From: Nemertoderma westbladi
Taxonomy: Eukaryota; Animalia; Xenacoelomorpha
DNA length: 38,812 nucleotides
Direction: 5' to 3'
Assembly: GCA_032718475.1 (NCBI GenBank)
Contig: JAUCBJ010002319.1
Span: forward strand, 1 to 38,812
Below are positions 38,001 to 38,812 of the stretch, in pieces; within the stretch, counting starts at the first letter, position 1, and each line of letters begins with the position of its first letter. A program made the position numbers and the translations under genes. The notes beneath the pieces are model-generated. The model saw nothing but the letters and a program-made list of their open reading frames with translations. It made no database searches and was not told where the DNA came from.

Positions 38001-38812
38001 GGGTCTATGTAATGTTGCGTTTGGACCAAAGTAAGGGTTCGTTTGGGTCTATGTAATGATGCGTTTGGACCAATGTAAGGGTGCGTTTGGGTCTATGTAA
38101 TGTTGCGTTTGGACCAAAGTAAGGGTTCGTTTGGGTCTATGTAATGTTGCGTTTGGACCAAAGTAAGGGTTCGTTTGGGTCTATGTAATGATGCGTTTGG
38201 ACCAATGTAAGGGTGCGTTTGGGTCTATATAATGTTGCGTTTGGACCAAAGTAAGGGTTCGTTTGGGTCTATGTATTGATGCGTTTGGACCAAAGTAAGG
38301 GTTCGTTTGGGTCTATGTAATGTTGCGTTTGGACCAAAGTAAGGGTTCGTTTGGGTCTATGTAATGTTGCGTTTGGACCAAAGTAAGGGTTCGTTTGGGT
38401 CTATGTAATGATGCGTTTGGACCAATGTAAGGGTGCGTTTGGGTCTATATAATGTTGCGTTTGGACCAAAGTAAGGGTTCGTTTGGGTCTATGTATTGAT
38501 GCGTTTGGACCAAAGTAAGGGTTCGTTTGGGTCTATGTAATGTTGCGTTTGGACCAAAGTAAGGGTTCGTTTGGGTCTATGTAATGTTGCGTTTGGACCA
38601 AAGTAAGGGTTCGTTTGTGTCTATGTATGTTGCGTTTGGACCAAAGTAAGGGTTCGTTTGGGTCTATGTAATGTTGCGTTTGGACCAAAGTAAGGGTTCG
38701 TTTGTGTCTATGTAATGTTGCGTTTGGACCAAAGTAAGGGTACGTTTGGGTCTATTTCATGTTGCGTTTGGACCAAAGTAAGGGTACGTTTGGGTCTATG
38801 TAATGTTGCGTT
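17063..38812. repeat. 44-bp satellite array (dimer of related 22-bp subunits), about 490 units, open at the window end
   Basis: Consensus CGTTTGGGTCTATGTAATGTTG+CGTTTGGACCAAAGTAAGGGTT. Common variants: AATG/AAAG, GGTAC/GGTTC, TTTCATG, a 4-bp TATA insertion. Degenerate at the left edge. Confidence 0.98.

Noticed and set aside
12466-38812. CRISPR array, or RT-associated array system (retron/DGR) given the nearby reverse transcriptase
   Set aside because: Units are head-to-tail with no unique spacers and there are no cas genes. The RT is a truncated non-LTR retrotransposon with TSD and tail, and the context is spliced eukaryotic DNA.
17063-38812. Telomeric or centromeric identity of the 44-bp array
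   Set aside because: G/T strand bias and TAAGGG resemble telomeric repeats, but there is no short tandem TTAGGG. Centromere function cannot be inferred from sequence alone.

Overview
AT-rich eukaryotic (invertebrate-like) genomic DNA, not prokaryotic. The only host gene I can support is the 3' part of a minus-strand Shroom-family gene. Four GT-AG exons (16957-16824, 15310-15127, 11888-11739, 6321-5929) splice in frame into 286 aa carrying a divergent ASD2/SD2 coiled-coil domain. Every intron holds its own unrelated tandem array: 44 bp (>21.7 kb, running off the window), 32 bp, a different 32 bp, and 36 bp. All three visible 5' splice junctions show local duplication of the exon end. Two have amplified into arrays of about 45 and about 84 tandem splice donors, and the third is a 2-copy seed or relict. 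The 36-bp array is split by a 3.9-kb CACTG-ended DNA transposon (TA TSD). That element contains a Mutator-like element (103-bp TIRs, 9-bp TSD) and a small MITE. Downstream of the gene lie a 5'-truncated RTE-type LINE (10-bp TSD, (TAG)n tail), a second RTE 3' fragment, MITE remnants and poly-G runs. Family calls come from motif recognition only; no database search was run.
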